Below are positions 16,123 through 24,924 of a DNA stretch of 32,440 nucleotides, in pieces. Source of the DNA: a virus (taxonomy: Duplodnaviria; Caudoviricetes); the IMG/VR virus record IMGVR_UViG_3300016484_000153, positions 1 to 32,440 of that record; one strand, written 5' to 3'. The notes beneath the pieces were generated by a model. It made no database searches. It saw only the letters and a list, made by a program, of their open reading frames with translations, and had not been told where the DNA came from. The position numbers and the translations under genes were made by a program. Within the stretch, counting starts at the first letter, position 1, and each line of letters begins with the position of its first letter.

Positions 16123-16988
16123 TGCCTAGATTATCAAGAATTGGCGCTGCATCATTATCTGCATTTGGATGGTCAGCAGGTGCTAAAGCTCCATATACAG
16201 CTACTTATTTAGTAGTCGCTGGTGGCGGTGGTGGTGGTCGTGCTGGTGGCGGTGGTGGTGGTGGCGGTTTTTTAACCAGCACAGCAACACTTGTTCCTGC
16301 TATAACATATACAGTAACAGTTGGAGGCGGAGGCGCTGGCTCACCTGCTCCTGGCGATACACACGCAGCCAATGGTGGAAATTCTGTTTTGTCAGGCGGA
16401 ATTATTTCTACTGTTACTTCGTATGGTGGTGGTGGTGGCGGTTCAGCTCAAAACTCTGGTGGAAATAGCGGTGGTTCTGGGGGTGGCGGTGGAGGCAGAA
16501 ATAGCCCAGCCACAGGAGGCTCTGGCACTTCAGGCCAAGGTAATGCAGGTGGAAATGGCGATCTAAACAATGTCCAAGGCGGTGGTGGTGGAGGCGGAGC
16601 TGGTGCTGCTGGACAAGGAGCGCAATCAAATAGAGGCGGTAATGGTGGTGATGGTTCTGCATCTTCCATTACAGGTTCTTCAGTTTATTATGCTGGTGGC
16701 GGTGGAGCTGGCGCACACAATAGTGGTAGCGGTGGCTCTGGCGGTTTGGGTGGCGGTGGAACTGGTGGTAGCGGTATGTCTGCTGGCGGAACAAATACTG
16801 GTGGCGGTGGTGGCTCTGGAGGCCCTGGTGGAACTATTGATTATGGCGCTAACGGAGGTTCAGGAGTTGTTATTATTTCTGTTCCAACCGATTCTTATTC
16901 TGGAATTACAACTGGCAGCCCAACAGTAACTACTAGCGGAAGTAATACTATTATCAAATTTACATCTAGCGGAACTTATACAGCTTAA
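16122..16988 (+). CDS. Glycine-rich domain virion protein (fibre/receptor-binding accessory) 1
   Basis: 'YLVVAGGGGG...YYAGGGG...NTGGGGG...GGSGVVII'. Confidence 0.75.
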   Translation: MPRLSRIGAASLSAFGWSAGAKAPYTATYLVVAGGGGGGRAGGGGGGGGFLTSTATLVPAITYTVTVGGGGAGSPAPGDTHAANGGNSVLSGGIISTVTSYGGGGGGSAQNSGGNSGGSGGGGGGRNSPATGGSGTSGQGNAGGNGDLNNVQGGGGGGGAGAAGQGAQSNRGGNGGDGSASSITGSSVYYAGGGGAGAHNSGSGGSGGLGGGGTGGSGMSAGGTNTGGGGGSGGPGGTIDYGANGGSGVVIISVPTDSYSGITTGSPTVTTSGSNTIIKFTSSGTYTA

Positions 16989-17000
16989 ACGGAGATTTAT

Positions 17001-17348
17001 ATGGGACATTTTGCAAAAGTAGTCAATGGAAAAGTAACGCAAGTTATTGTTGCTGAACCAGAATTTTTTACAACATTCGTAGATTCATCACCTGGTCAAT
17101 GGATTCAAACTAGCTATAACACCATTGGTGGTCAGCACACTCAAGGCGGAATCCCTTTGCGTGGTAACTATGCTGGAATTGGTTATATATATGACCAAGC
17201 TAACGATGTTTTCTATGCTCCACAGCCATTTTCAAGTTGGACTTTAAATAACACAACTTGGACATGGCAAGCTCCTGTTGCAAAGCCTAATGATGGAAAA
17301 ATATATAATTGGGATGAAGCAACTAAATCTTGGATTGAAATTGTTTAA
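17001..17348 (+). CDS. Tail-fibre-associated hypothetical protein (possible assembly chaperone)
   Basis: 'MGHFAKV...WIQTSYN...RGNYAGIGY.YD...D.F.APQP..SW', a type of gene commonly found next to Gly-rich fibre genes. GGAG SD. Confidence 0.65.
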   Translation: MGHFAKVVNGKVTQVIVAEPEFFTTFVDSSPGQWIQTSYNTIGGQHTQGGIPLRGNYAGIGYIYDQANDVFYAPQPFSSWTLNNTTWTWQAPVAKPNDGKIYNWDEATKSWIEIV

Positions 17349-17358
17349 GGAATAAATC

Positions 17359-18459
17359 ATGTCAGATTTAGTATTTTTAGCCAATGCTGGCGGTCAATTA
17401 ACAGTAACCAATGAAAACGCTGTTGGAAACAATACAGTAACCATTCCTGCTACTGATGGAACTTTGCTTATTGAAGATACTTCTGGCAATCTTTCTGTTA
17501 CAAATTTAACTGTAACTGGCTCTGTTGAAATGACAGGAACAGGAGAAATGATTATTCCTGTTGGAAATACCTCACAAAGAAGCGCAACCCCAACAGAGGG
17601 AATTTTGCGTTACAACACAGATGGCGGTGGTTTTTTTGAAGGTTATCAGGCTGGAGATTGGGTTAAATTTACAACAACATCAGAAGCAAGCTATTCCGCA
17701 TCTTATGTTTTAGTTGCTGGCGGTGGCGGTGGTGCATCAGGAGGAAATGAAGGAGCTGGTGGCGGAGCTGGTGGATATTTAACATCTTCTTTAACTTTTA
17801 TTCCGTCAACTATTTATACTTTTATTATTGGCGCTGGTGGCGCATCATCTACAAATGGTGTTGATTCAAGCATTACTGGAATTACCATAGCTGTTGGCGG
17901 AGGTCATGGCGGTGGTGGAGCAGGAGCTTCTGGAGGTTCAGGCGGTGGTGGGCAAGGTGGTTCATCTGGTAACTATGGATCTCCTGGAGGAGCTGGAACT
18001 TCTGGTCAAGGAAACGCTGGCGGAACAGGATTTAGTTATGCTGGCGGTGGCGGTGGCGGTGCTGGAGCAGTAGGACAAACATCTTATGATGCTGGAGGTG
18101 GAGTTGCTCAAGCTGGAGCTGGAGGCGTTGGTTTATCAACCATCATTACTGGTTCAACAATTTATTTAGCTGGCGGTGGCGGTGGTGGTGCTGCTTTTGG
18201 AGGCCTTGGCGGAGCTGGTGGTAATGGAGGTGGTGGCGCTGGAGTATCTAGCGGAATTGGTGGTGCTGGAACTGCAAACACAGGCGGTGGTGGTGGTGGC
18301 GGTAGTGGGGCTGCTGGTGGGCAAGGTGGATCTGGAGTTTGCTATGTTTCCGTTCCTACTGCAAATTACACAGGATCAACTACTGGAAGCCCAACAATTA
18401 CTACTAGCGGTGCATTTACCATTATGAAGTTCACAAGTTCTGGAACTTATACAGCATGA
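17359..18459 (+). CDS. Glycine-rich domain virion protein 2 with N-terminal fibre segment
   Basis: 'IPVGNTSQR....G.LRYNT....FEGY....W' followed by the same Gly-rich domain as 16122. Confidence 0.75.
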   Translation: MSDLVFLANAGGQLTVTNENAVGNNTVTIPATDGTLLIEDTSGNLSVTNLTVTGSVEMTGTGEMIIPVGNTSQRSATPTEGILRYNTDGGGFFEGYQAGDWVKFTTTSEASYSASYVLVAGGGGGASGGNEGAGGGAGGYLTSSLTFIPSTIYTFIIGAGGASSTNGVDSSITGITIAVGGGHGGGGAGASGGSGGGGQGGSSGNYGSPGGAGTSGQGNAGGTGFSYAGGGGGGAGAVGQTSYDAGGGVAQAGAGGVGLSTIITGSTIYLAGGGGGGAAFGGLGGAGGNGGGGAGVSSGIGGAGTANTGGGGGGGSGAAGGQGGSGVCYVSVPTANYTGSTTGSPTITTSGAFTIMKFTSSGTYTA

Positions 18460-18773
18460 TTTCCTATGAATGGAAAATCCTAGATATTCTTGGGCAAGAT
18501 GATTTAATTTCTCAAGTTAAATATCGCTTAAAAGCAACTGATGGAGAAAATTCAGTTGAAACAGAAGGATATTGGGATTTTCCAACAGAGGCAAATAAAA
18601 GAGCGTTCAAAGGAATGCTTGAGGTGGATGTAATTCGATGGCTTGAAGAAGAATCTACCCAAAACGAAACAAGCGTAATAAAATCAAACTTAGAAAATCA
18701 GTTAGCAAATTTAAGCAAAATTGCTCCAATTTCTAAGCCTTGGGATCTACCAACTTTTAAATTAAAGATTTGA
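18456..18773 (+). CDS. Hypothetical tail-associated protein
   Basis: ATGA overlap, with a 'Y.WKI...V..W...PW' pattern. Confidence 0.6.
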   Translation: MISYEWKILDILGQDDLISQVKYRLKATDGENSVETEGYWDFPTEANKRAFKGMLEVDVIRWLEEESTQNETSVIKSNLENQLANLSKIAPISKPWDLPTFKLKI

Positions 18774-18774
18774 T

Positions 18775-19758
18775 ATGGCACAAGCAATTGACATCATTAC
18801 CAGGGCAATGAAAGACATTGGCGCTATTGCTGCTGGAGAAAAACCAACTCCAGACGAAGCGCAAGATGCTTTTGATATGCTAAATGACATGATTGACCAA
18901 TGGTCAAACGAAAATATGATGGTTTACAATGTAACCGAAATCATATTTCCATTGATTGCTGGGCAAACTCAATACACTATTGGCCCTAATCCAAGCACCC
19001 AAAACTTCATTGGCGCTTCATTTACAGGCTCAATTTCAGGCAATATTCTTACTGTTACTGGCATTAATTCAGGCGCTATTGCACAAGGGCAAACCCTTAG
19101 TGGATTTGGAATTACTCCTGGCACTAAGATAACCAGTTTTATAACAGGCGCTGGCGGTAATATTAATGAAACTGGAACTTACTATGTCAATATTAATCAG
19201 ACAGTAGCTTCCACAACTGTTACAGCTTATTATCAAAAGCCATTAAGTATTGATTCATGCTTTGTTCGCATCAATACAACATCCAATGGTCAGCCAATTG
19301 TTAATGGCGGATTAGACTATCAATGCTCGGTTTTATCCTTGCAGGAATATGAGCTAATTGGTTTAAAAACATTGAATGGCCCTTGGCCTAAAGCAATTTA
19401 TTTCAATCCTGGATCTGATTCTGGTAATTTATTTGTATGGCCTAACCCTTCCCAGGGTGAATTGCATTTGTTTGCAAATACCATTTTTAGCCGTTTTGAA
19501 AACATCAATACTCCATTAGATTTCCCTCAAGGCTATTCAAATGCGCTTAGATGGTGTTTAGCTGAGAGATTATTGCCTATGTATGGCAAAGTTAATACAA
19601 CTCAAATTCAGATGATTAATGCCTTTGCTGCTCAAGCAAAAGCAACAGTCAAGCGGACTAATATGAATCCTTCCCAAATTTCTACTTATGCTGATGTGCT
19701 TACAAACAGCAAGAGCAGGGATGCTGGCTGGATCTTAACTGGCGGATTCTTTAGATAA
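18775..19758 (+). CDS. Head-to-tail adaptor, P22 gp4-like, with an inserted domain
   Basis: 'II..A...IG....GE.P..DE.QDA...LNDM.DQW' and 'PQGY..AL.W.LA..L.P.YG'. It precedes the gp10-like gene. Confidence 0.75.
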   Translation: MAQAIDIITRAMKDIGAIAAGEKPTPDEAQDAFDMLNDMIDQWSNENMMVYNVTEIIFPLIAGQTQYTIGPNPSTQNFIGASFTGSISGNILTVTGINSGAIAQGQTLSGFGITPGTKITSFITGAGGNINETGTYYVNINQTVASTTVTAYYQKPLSIDSCFVRINTTSNGQPIVNGGLDYQCSVLSLQEYELIGLKTLNGPWPKAIYFNPGSDSGNLFVWPNPSQGELHLFANTIFSRFENINTPLDFPQGYSNALRWCLAERLLPMYGKVNTTQIQMINAFAAQAKATVKRTNMNPSQISTYADVLTNSKSRDAGWILTGGFFR

Positions 19759-21755
19759 TGGCAGACTTTGGCTTTGTTGGCGCTTCCTATGAAGCACCTA
19801 GTATCTATCAAGATGCTCAAGAATGTATCAACTGGTTTCCAGAGCTAGATCCAACGAAACCACAAGATTCAAGGGGCGTTATTGCCCTTTATCCAACGCC
19901 AGGATTAACTCTTAAATCAGCCCTTCCAAATCAAGAGCCTATTCGTGGAATGCGAACAGTTTCAGGAGGGGGTCAGCTTGTTGTTGTTTGTGGAAACTAT
20001 GTTTACGCATTAAGCCCAAATTTAACTCCATCTATTATTGGTCAGTTAACAACTGAAACAGGGCCTGTTGGCATTACTGATAACGGCATAAATGTTTACA
20101 TTGTAGATGGTGCTGATCGTTATACATGGAGAATTAACAATCCTGCAAATGCCATATTTAAAGGGTCTATTAGCGGAACTACATTAAATGTAACCAGCAA
20201 ACAAAGCGGAACAATTGCTGTTGGTCAATCTGTATTTGGAATTGGCGTATTGCCTGAAACAGTTATTACTGCTGGATCAGGATTTTCTTGGACTGTAAAT
20301 CAAAGCCAAACAGTAGCAAGCCAAACTTTAAATAGCGCAAATAATGGGGCTATTTTTACTGGTTCAATTGCATCAGCAGGGTCAGGAAGTTCATTAGTAG
20401 TAACCCTAACAGTAAGCTCGGTTGCTTCAGGAACTTTGTATTTGGGTCAAACTATTCAAGGAGCTGGAATTGCTGCAAACACTATCATTACAGCTCTTGG
20501 AACTGGATCAGGCGGAACAGGGACATACATTTTAAATAATGATGCTTCTCAAACAGTAAGCTCTGAAACCATGTATGCCTTAAACTTTACTCAGCTTCCA
20601 AATTCTGATGGCGCTTTTGAAGGTGGAACAAGCGTAGATATTATGGACAATATGTTTGTCTATAACAGACCAGACACTCAACAATGGGCTGCCTCAGACA
20701 TTCTTTCTCCTATTACACAGCCTTTATCTTTTGGCTCTAAAGATGGCGCTCCTGATGATTTGGTGGCGTTAATCGTAGATCATAGAGAAGTCTATTTAAT
20801 GGGCGAAAACTCATCGGAAGTATGGACTGATGCTGGATCATTCCCTTTTGCATTCCAAAGGATTCCAGGCACATCCACTCAGCATGGTATTGCAGCCAAG
20901 TTTTCAGTAGCCAGAATGGGTAATTCTTTTGCCTATGTATCTCGCAATATTCGAGGTCAAGGGCAAATTATGATGATGCAAGGCTATACGCCAACTCGCA
21001 TTTCAACCCATGCCGTAGAAAATACCCTTGCAAATCAATATATTGATGATGCTATTGGATGGACTTATCAGCTTGAAGGACATGAAGTTTATGTAGTTAC
21101 ATTCCCAACTCTTGATTTAACTTGGGCTTATGATGTAACCACAGGACTTTGGCACAAATGGCTTTGGGTGGATTCAAACAATGTTTTCCACAGACATAGA
21201 GGGAATTGCGCTGCCCTTTTCCAAGGAATGAATCTTGTTGGAGATTGGGAAAACGGCAAAATCTATGCCTTAGATAAAAACAATTACACAGACGATAACC
21301 ATACTGTTCGCAGAGTTCGTAGAGCGCCTCATATTGTTACCGATCTTCAACGCCAATTTTTTGACGAAATGCAGATCCAATTCCAGCCTGGTGTTGGAGT
21401 TGGTGGTCTTTCTGTTGATTTTGGTAGATATATCGGTAATCCTTTTGTTATTCCATTGACAGCCCCTTTGCGTATTCCAGCAAATGATATTTACTATCTA
21501 GGGCTTCCAAATCAAGCTGGCGCTCAACAAATATTGACTAATCCACAGGCTATGTTGCGTTGGTCTAATGATGGCGGATCTAGTTGGTCAAATGAGCATT
21601 GGGTTTCCATAGGTAAAGCTGGAAAATATCAAAATCGTGCCATTTGGAGGCGTTTAGGCTGGTCTAGGGATCGAATTTTTGAAGTTGTTGTAACTGATCC
21701 AGTTAAAGCTGTAATCGTATCAGCGAACCTAAAAGCAAGCCCAGGGGATAACTAA
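19758..21755 (+). CDS. Tail hub / packaged-DNA stabilisation protein, P22 gp10-like, with two inserted domains
   Basis: 'LYPTPGL', 'PDDLVA', 'RISTHAVE', and C-terminal '[10 protein letters not shown]...GK.G.Y..R.IWRRLG..R.R.F'. Confidence 0.88.
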   Translation: MADFGFVGASYEAPSIYQDAQECINWFPELDPTKPQDSRGVIALYPTPGLTLKSALPNQEPIRGMRTVSGGGQLVVVCGNYVYALSPNLTPSIIGQLTTETGPVGITDNGINVYIVDGADRYTWRINNPANAIFKGSISGTTLNVTSKQSGTIAVGQSVFGIGVLPETVITAGSGFSWTVNQSQTVASQTLNSANNGAIFTGSIASAGSGSSLVVTLTVSSVASGTLYLGQTIQGAGIAANTIITALGTGSGGTGTYILNNDASQTVSSETMYALNFTQLPNSDGAFEGGTSVDIMDNMFVYNRPDTQQWAASDILSPITQPLSFGSKDGAPDDLVALIVDHREVYLMGENSSEVWTDAGSFPFAFQRIPGTSTQHGIAAKFSVARMGNSFAYVSRNIRGQGQIMMMQGYTPTRISTHAVENTLANQYIDDAIGWTYQLEGHEVYVVTFPTLDLTWAYDVTTGLWHKWLWVDSNNVFHRHRGNCAALFQGMNLVGDWENGKIYALDKNNYTDDNHTVRRVRRAPHIVTDLQRQFFDEMQIQFQPGVGVGGLSVDFGRYIGNPFVIPLTAPLRIPANDIYYLGLPNQAGAQQILTNPQAMLRWSNDGGSSWSNEHWVSIGKAGKYQNRAIWRRLGWSRDRIFEVVVTDPVKAVIVSANLKASPGDN

Positions 21756-21985
21756 TGGCTCTGCCAAATACCCCTCAGATATTGGTTTATCCACAAACTG
21801 AATTTTTGGATAAAACCACTAATAGACCAACAAGGGCTTGGCAACAATTCTTTTTAGGATTGCTAAACTTTAGCTCATCGCCAACTGCCACAGCAGGAAG
21901 CGGAACTTTGCCAGCAAACCCAGTTGGTTTTATTAATGTAACTGTTAATGGTCAGCCTTTTAAGATTCCTTATTACAACTTATGA
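21755..21985 (+). CDS. Small tail protein (position of P22 gp26 needle/plug)
   Basis: TAATG coupling and synteny only. Confidence 0.5.
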   Translation: MALPNTPQILVYPQTEFLDKTTNRPTRAWQQFFLGLLNFSSSPTATAGSGTLPANPVGFINVTVNGQPFKIPYYNL

Positions 21986-22518
21986 CTTATAACAATCAGC
22001 TTGCAGAGCATTCTGTAATTCAAAAGCCATTAATTCCAAAAAAAGAGGAAAATTCTTTGGAATTAGGGTTTTTATCAAAAGTTCCATCAAGAACTCAAAT
22101 TGATAGATTGCAAAGTGAAATGGCAAAAATGCCACAAGCAGAGTTGGAAACGGAGCATTATTTTTCTGATGGAATGTATTGCAGAAAAGTATTCAGACCA
22201 GCAGGAACAGTCATTGTTGGCAAAGTTCATAAAAAAGATCATTTCTTTATGTGCGTATCAGGAGAAATCATTGCTTGGACTGAAAATGGTATGAAAACCC
22301 TTAAAGCAGGGGATATAATTGCTAGTAAATCAGGCACAAAAAGAGTAACTTTAGCTGTAAAAGATTCGATTGGCGTTACTGTTCATGCAACAGATAAAAC
22401 AGATTTAGATGAAATTGAAGCGGAATTGATTGAGCCAGACGAATTGGCTTTATTTGATTCTAGTAACAACTTGAAGCAATTGGCTCAAGAGAAAGCATTA
22501 GAGGGAGTTCAAATATGA
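21982..22518 (+). CDS. Cupin-fold protein
   Basis: 'HYFSDGMY.R....PAGT..VGK.HK..H....SGE......L.AG....S..GTKR'. An alternative TTG start lies at 22057. Confidence 0.65.
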   Translation: MTYNNQLAEHSVIQKPLIPKKEENSLELGFLSKVPSRTQIDRLQSEMAKMPQAELETEHYFSDGMYCRKVFRPAGTVIVGKVHKKDHFFMCVSGEIIAWTENGMKTLKAGDIIASKSGTKRVTLAVKDSIGVTVHATDKTDLDEIEAELIEPDELALFDSSNNLKQLAQEKALEGVQI

Positions 22519-23444
22519 CATGGGTAGCCGTAGGTGTAACAGCAGCAGCAACAGCTTATTCTGCTTATTCTGCAAATCAAGCCTCAAAAACTCAGGCTGC
22601 TGCTGCCAATCGTGCTGCCGATATTCAGCAGCAACAATGGGAAGCCAGTCAACAACAGCAACAGCCATATAGAACTAGCGGATATGCTGGTCTTAATTAC
22701 ATTGCTGGTATGTTGCCAGGAGAAAGCCCTACTTATGATATGCAAGGCAACTATGCTGGCCAAACCAAAGGCTCTGGTTATTTATTGCAAACGCCAGAAG
22801 AATATAAATGGTATCCAGAATATCAAACTTTTGGCCCTAAACAATTAACTGAAAATTTAGCCCCTGGTTATGCCTTCCGTTTAAAACAAGGTCAAGGTCA
22901 AGTTGGAGCTGCTGCTAATTTGGCTGGTGGCACAATGTCAGGGAATACCTTTAGAGGATTGCAAGATTACACTCAAAATTTTGCATCAAATGAATATGGG
23001 AATGCTTTAAAGCAATACATGGATCAATATGCTCTTGGTCTAAATTCTCATATTGCTCAATCTGCTCAATCATTTAATCAAAGCCAAACTGGGCAAACCA
23101 ATATTTATAACAGATTAGCTTCTTTGGCTGGTTTAGGTCAAACTTCTTTAGGTCAAACTACTGGCCCTGGAGTTGTTAGTGCAGGACAAGTTGGCTCAAA
23201 TATTGTTAATGCTGGATCTGCTCAAGCTGGTGGTCAAGTTGGTATGGCAAATGCAGTAACTGGTGGCGTAAATACTCTTTCAAATCTTTACTTGGCAGAT
23301 AAAGTTACTGGTGGAAAAATATTTGGTGGCGGATCAACTTCTTTAGCTCCTCAATCTTATTCAAGTGGTGGATCTCCATCTATGTATCAAATGTATGGAT
23401 CAGAAGGCGGATCTGGCGGTGGATTTGGAATTAGACCAGCTTAA
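22515..23444 (+). CDS. DNA ejection/pilot protein, P22 gp7-like
   Basis: Ala/Gln/Gly-rich with a hydrophobic N-terminus, 'QPY...G', 'PGY.FRL.QG' and 'AS.EY.NA'. First of three internal proteins. Confidence 0.7.
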   Translation: MTWVAVGVTAAATAYSAYSANQASKTQAAAANRAADIQQQQWEASQQQQQPYRTSGYAGLNYIAGMLPGESPTYDMQGNYAGQTKGSGYLLQTPEEYKWYPEYQTFGPKQLTENLAPGYAFRLKQGQGQVGAAANLAGGTMSGNTFRGLQDYTQNFASNEYGNALKQYMDQYALGLNSHIAQSAQSFNQSQTGQTNIYNRLASLAGLGQTSLGQTTGPGVVSAGQVGSNIVNAGSAQAGGQVGMANAVTGGVNTLSNLYLADKVTGGKIFGGGSTSLAPQSYSSGGSPSMYQMYGSEGGSGGGFGIRPA

Positions 23445-23457
23445 TTAAGGAACAAAA

Positions 23458-24924
23458 ATGGCAGACTTTACTCCAATCGCTACTATGGTAAAACCAATAA
23501 GCGTTGATCCAGCTCAAGCTGCTGGATTGGTTAGCCTTGGTCGTGCTGGACAGCAATATCAAAAAGAACAAGAATTGTTGCCTTATGAAATTGCTGCTGG
23601 CAAAGCTCAATCAAACACTTTTCAGCTTGAAAACAGCTTAAAACATCAACAACAATCTACTAGAGATTTGCTGAAATTGTTGAATAAAAAAGATCCTGTA
23701 ACTGATCAAGATATTGAAAATCATGTATTAACGACAATGAAAAATGTTGGCGCTCCTCCTGATGCTATTAAAGCAGCATTAATGGATTTGCCAAAAGGCG
23801 GAACTGATAAAGAAAATCGTGCTTTTATTGCTCGTCATGCAACCAATTCCTTATCTGCTGAATCTCAATTAGAGAAATTATTCCCAAGCGCACAAGCAAC
23901 CAATGTTGGTGGTGCTGTTGTTCCTATGGCTGGCGGTGGCCCATTGGCTTACACAGCTCCAGGAACTCAAGTAGGCCCTGCAACAGCTACAACAATTTCT
24001 CCACAAGTTACAACAGATCCAATTACAGGCAGACCAGTAATCATTGGTGGAGGCAGAGCGCCAGGAAGCCAGCCAACAGGAAGCGGTTTTGCGCTTTCTC
24101 CTCAAGCAGCTCCAGAAGCAATGCCAACTCCTCCAGCAAAAGCTCCAGCAGCACCAGCTATGAATGCTCCTTCTGGAAGCCAAGGCGCTCCTGCTGCTGG
24201 TGGCGTAACTTCAAAGCAAATGAGTATGCCAGCAGGAGGTCAGCTTCAACAGTTGCCTAATGAATCTCCTGCAAACTTTAATGCTAGAGTTGCACAAACT
24301 CAAGGAGCAGTTGCAAAGGCTCAAGATCAGTTTAATAACCCAAATAGTGAATTTGGTCATATTCCAACTGTCAAAACCATTAATGGCAATATTCTTACAT
24401 TATTAAAAGATCCTAGCGTTAATACTGGATCTGTTCAAAGCTACATTGCTGGAAAAATTAGGCAAGAAAACTTGAGCGCAAAAGAACAAGAACTGGCTAA
24501 ATATTTGGCTCAAAGGGTTCAAAATTTAACCCCTAAATCTGATGCCGATGCTGATGCAAAACGCAAAGCCTATGGTTCTTTAGAGCTTAAAAAAGAGGCA
24601 TTGATAGATTTAATTCGTCAGGACAATGCTTGGGTTACAACTCAGGAATTGCAAGCCAAAGGCGTATTGAATAATGGCGGAGATCCAACTAATCCTAATT
24701 TTGGTCGAGTTGCTCAATTTAACAATCAGTTTGCTAAATTGGCTCAGAATCCAAAATTAATGAAATATATTGGGATTGTTGGAGAAGGACAAGGAAAGGT
24801 TAGTTTAGATGCTGATGATTTAAAGGCGCTTCAAAAAGAACTTGGTTCTATGAGTGTTGAAGATCGTCAAAAACTTGAGCTACAAAGACAGACATTATTG
24901 AAACTGGTTAACGGAGGCCAATAA
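23458..24924 (+). CDS. Internal virion/ejection protein (P22 gp20 position)
   Basis: Synteny; helical Ala/Gln-rich sequence with a Pro/Ala linker. Confidence 0.55.
   Translation: MADFTPIATMVKPISVDPAQAAGLVSLGRAGQQYQKEQELLPYEIAAGKAQSNTFQLENSLKHQQQSTRDLLKLLNKKDPVTDQDIENHVLTTMKNVGAPPDAIKAALMDLPKGGTDKENRAFIARHATNSLSAESQLEKLFPSAQATNVGGAVVPMAGGGPLAYTAPGTQVGPATATTISPQVTTDPITGRPVIIGGGRAPGSQPTGSGFALSPQAAPEAMPTPPAKAPAAPAMNAPSGSQGAPAAGGVTSKQMSMPAGGQLQQLPNESPANFNARVAQTQGAVAKAQDQFNNPNSEFGHIPTVKTINGNILTLLKDPSVNTGSVQSYIAGKIRQENLSAKEQELAKYLAQRVQNLTPKSDADADAKRKAYGSLELKKEALIDLIRQDNAWVTTQELQAKGVLNNGGDPTNPNFGRVAQFNNQFAKLAQNPKLMKYIGIVGEGQGKVSLDADDLKALQKELGSMSVEDRQKLELQRQTLLKLVNGGQ

Noticed and set aside
16321-18427. 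Alternative-frame ORFs (Val-rich, poly-His, poly-Pro) over the Gly-rich genes
   Set aside because: These are shadows of GGT/GGC codon runs, with no independent SD or domain signal.
16122-18459. Duplicated C-termini as a diversity-generating retroelement TR/VR pair
   Set aside because: Both copies are coding, the differences are not confined to adenines, and no reverse transcriptase is present in the window.
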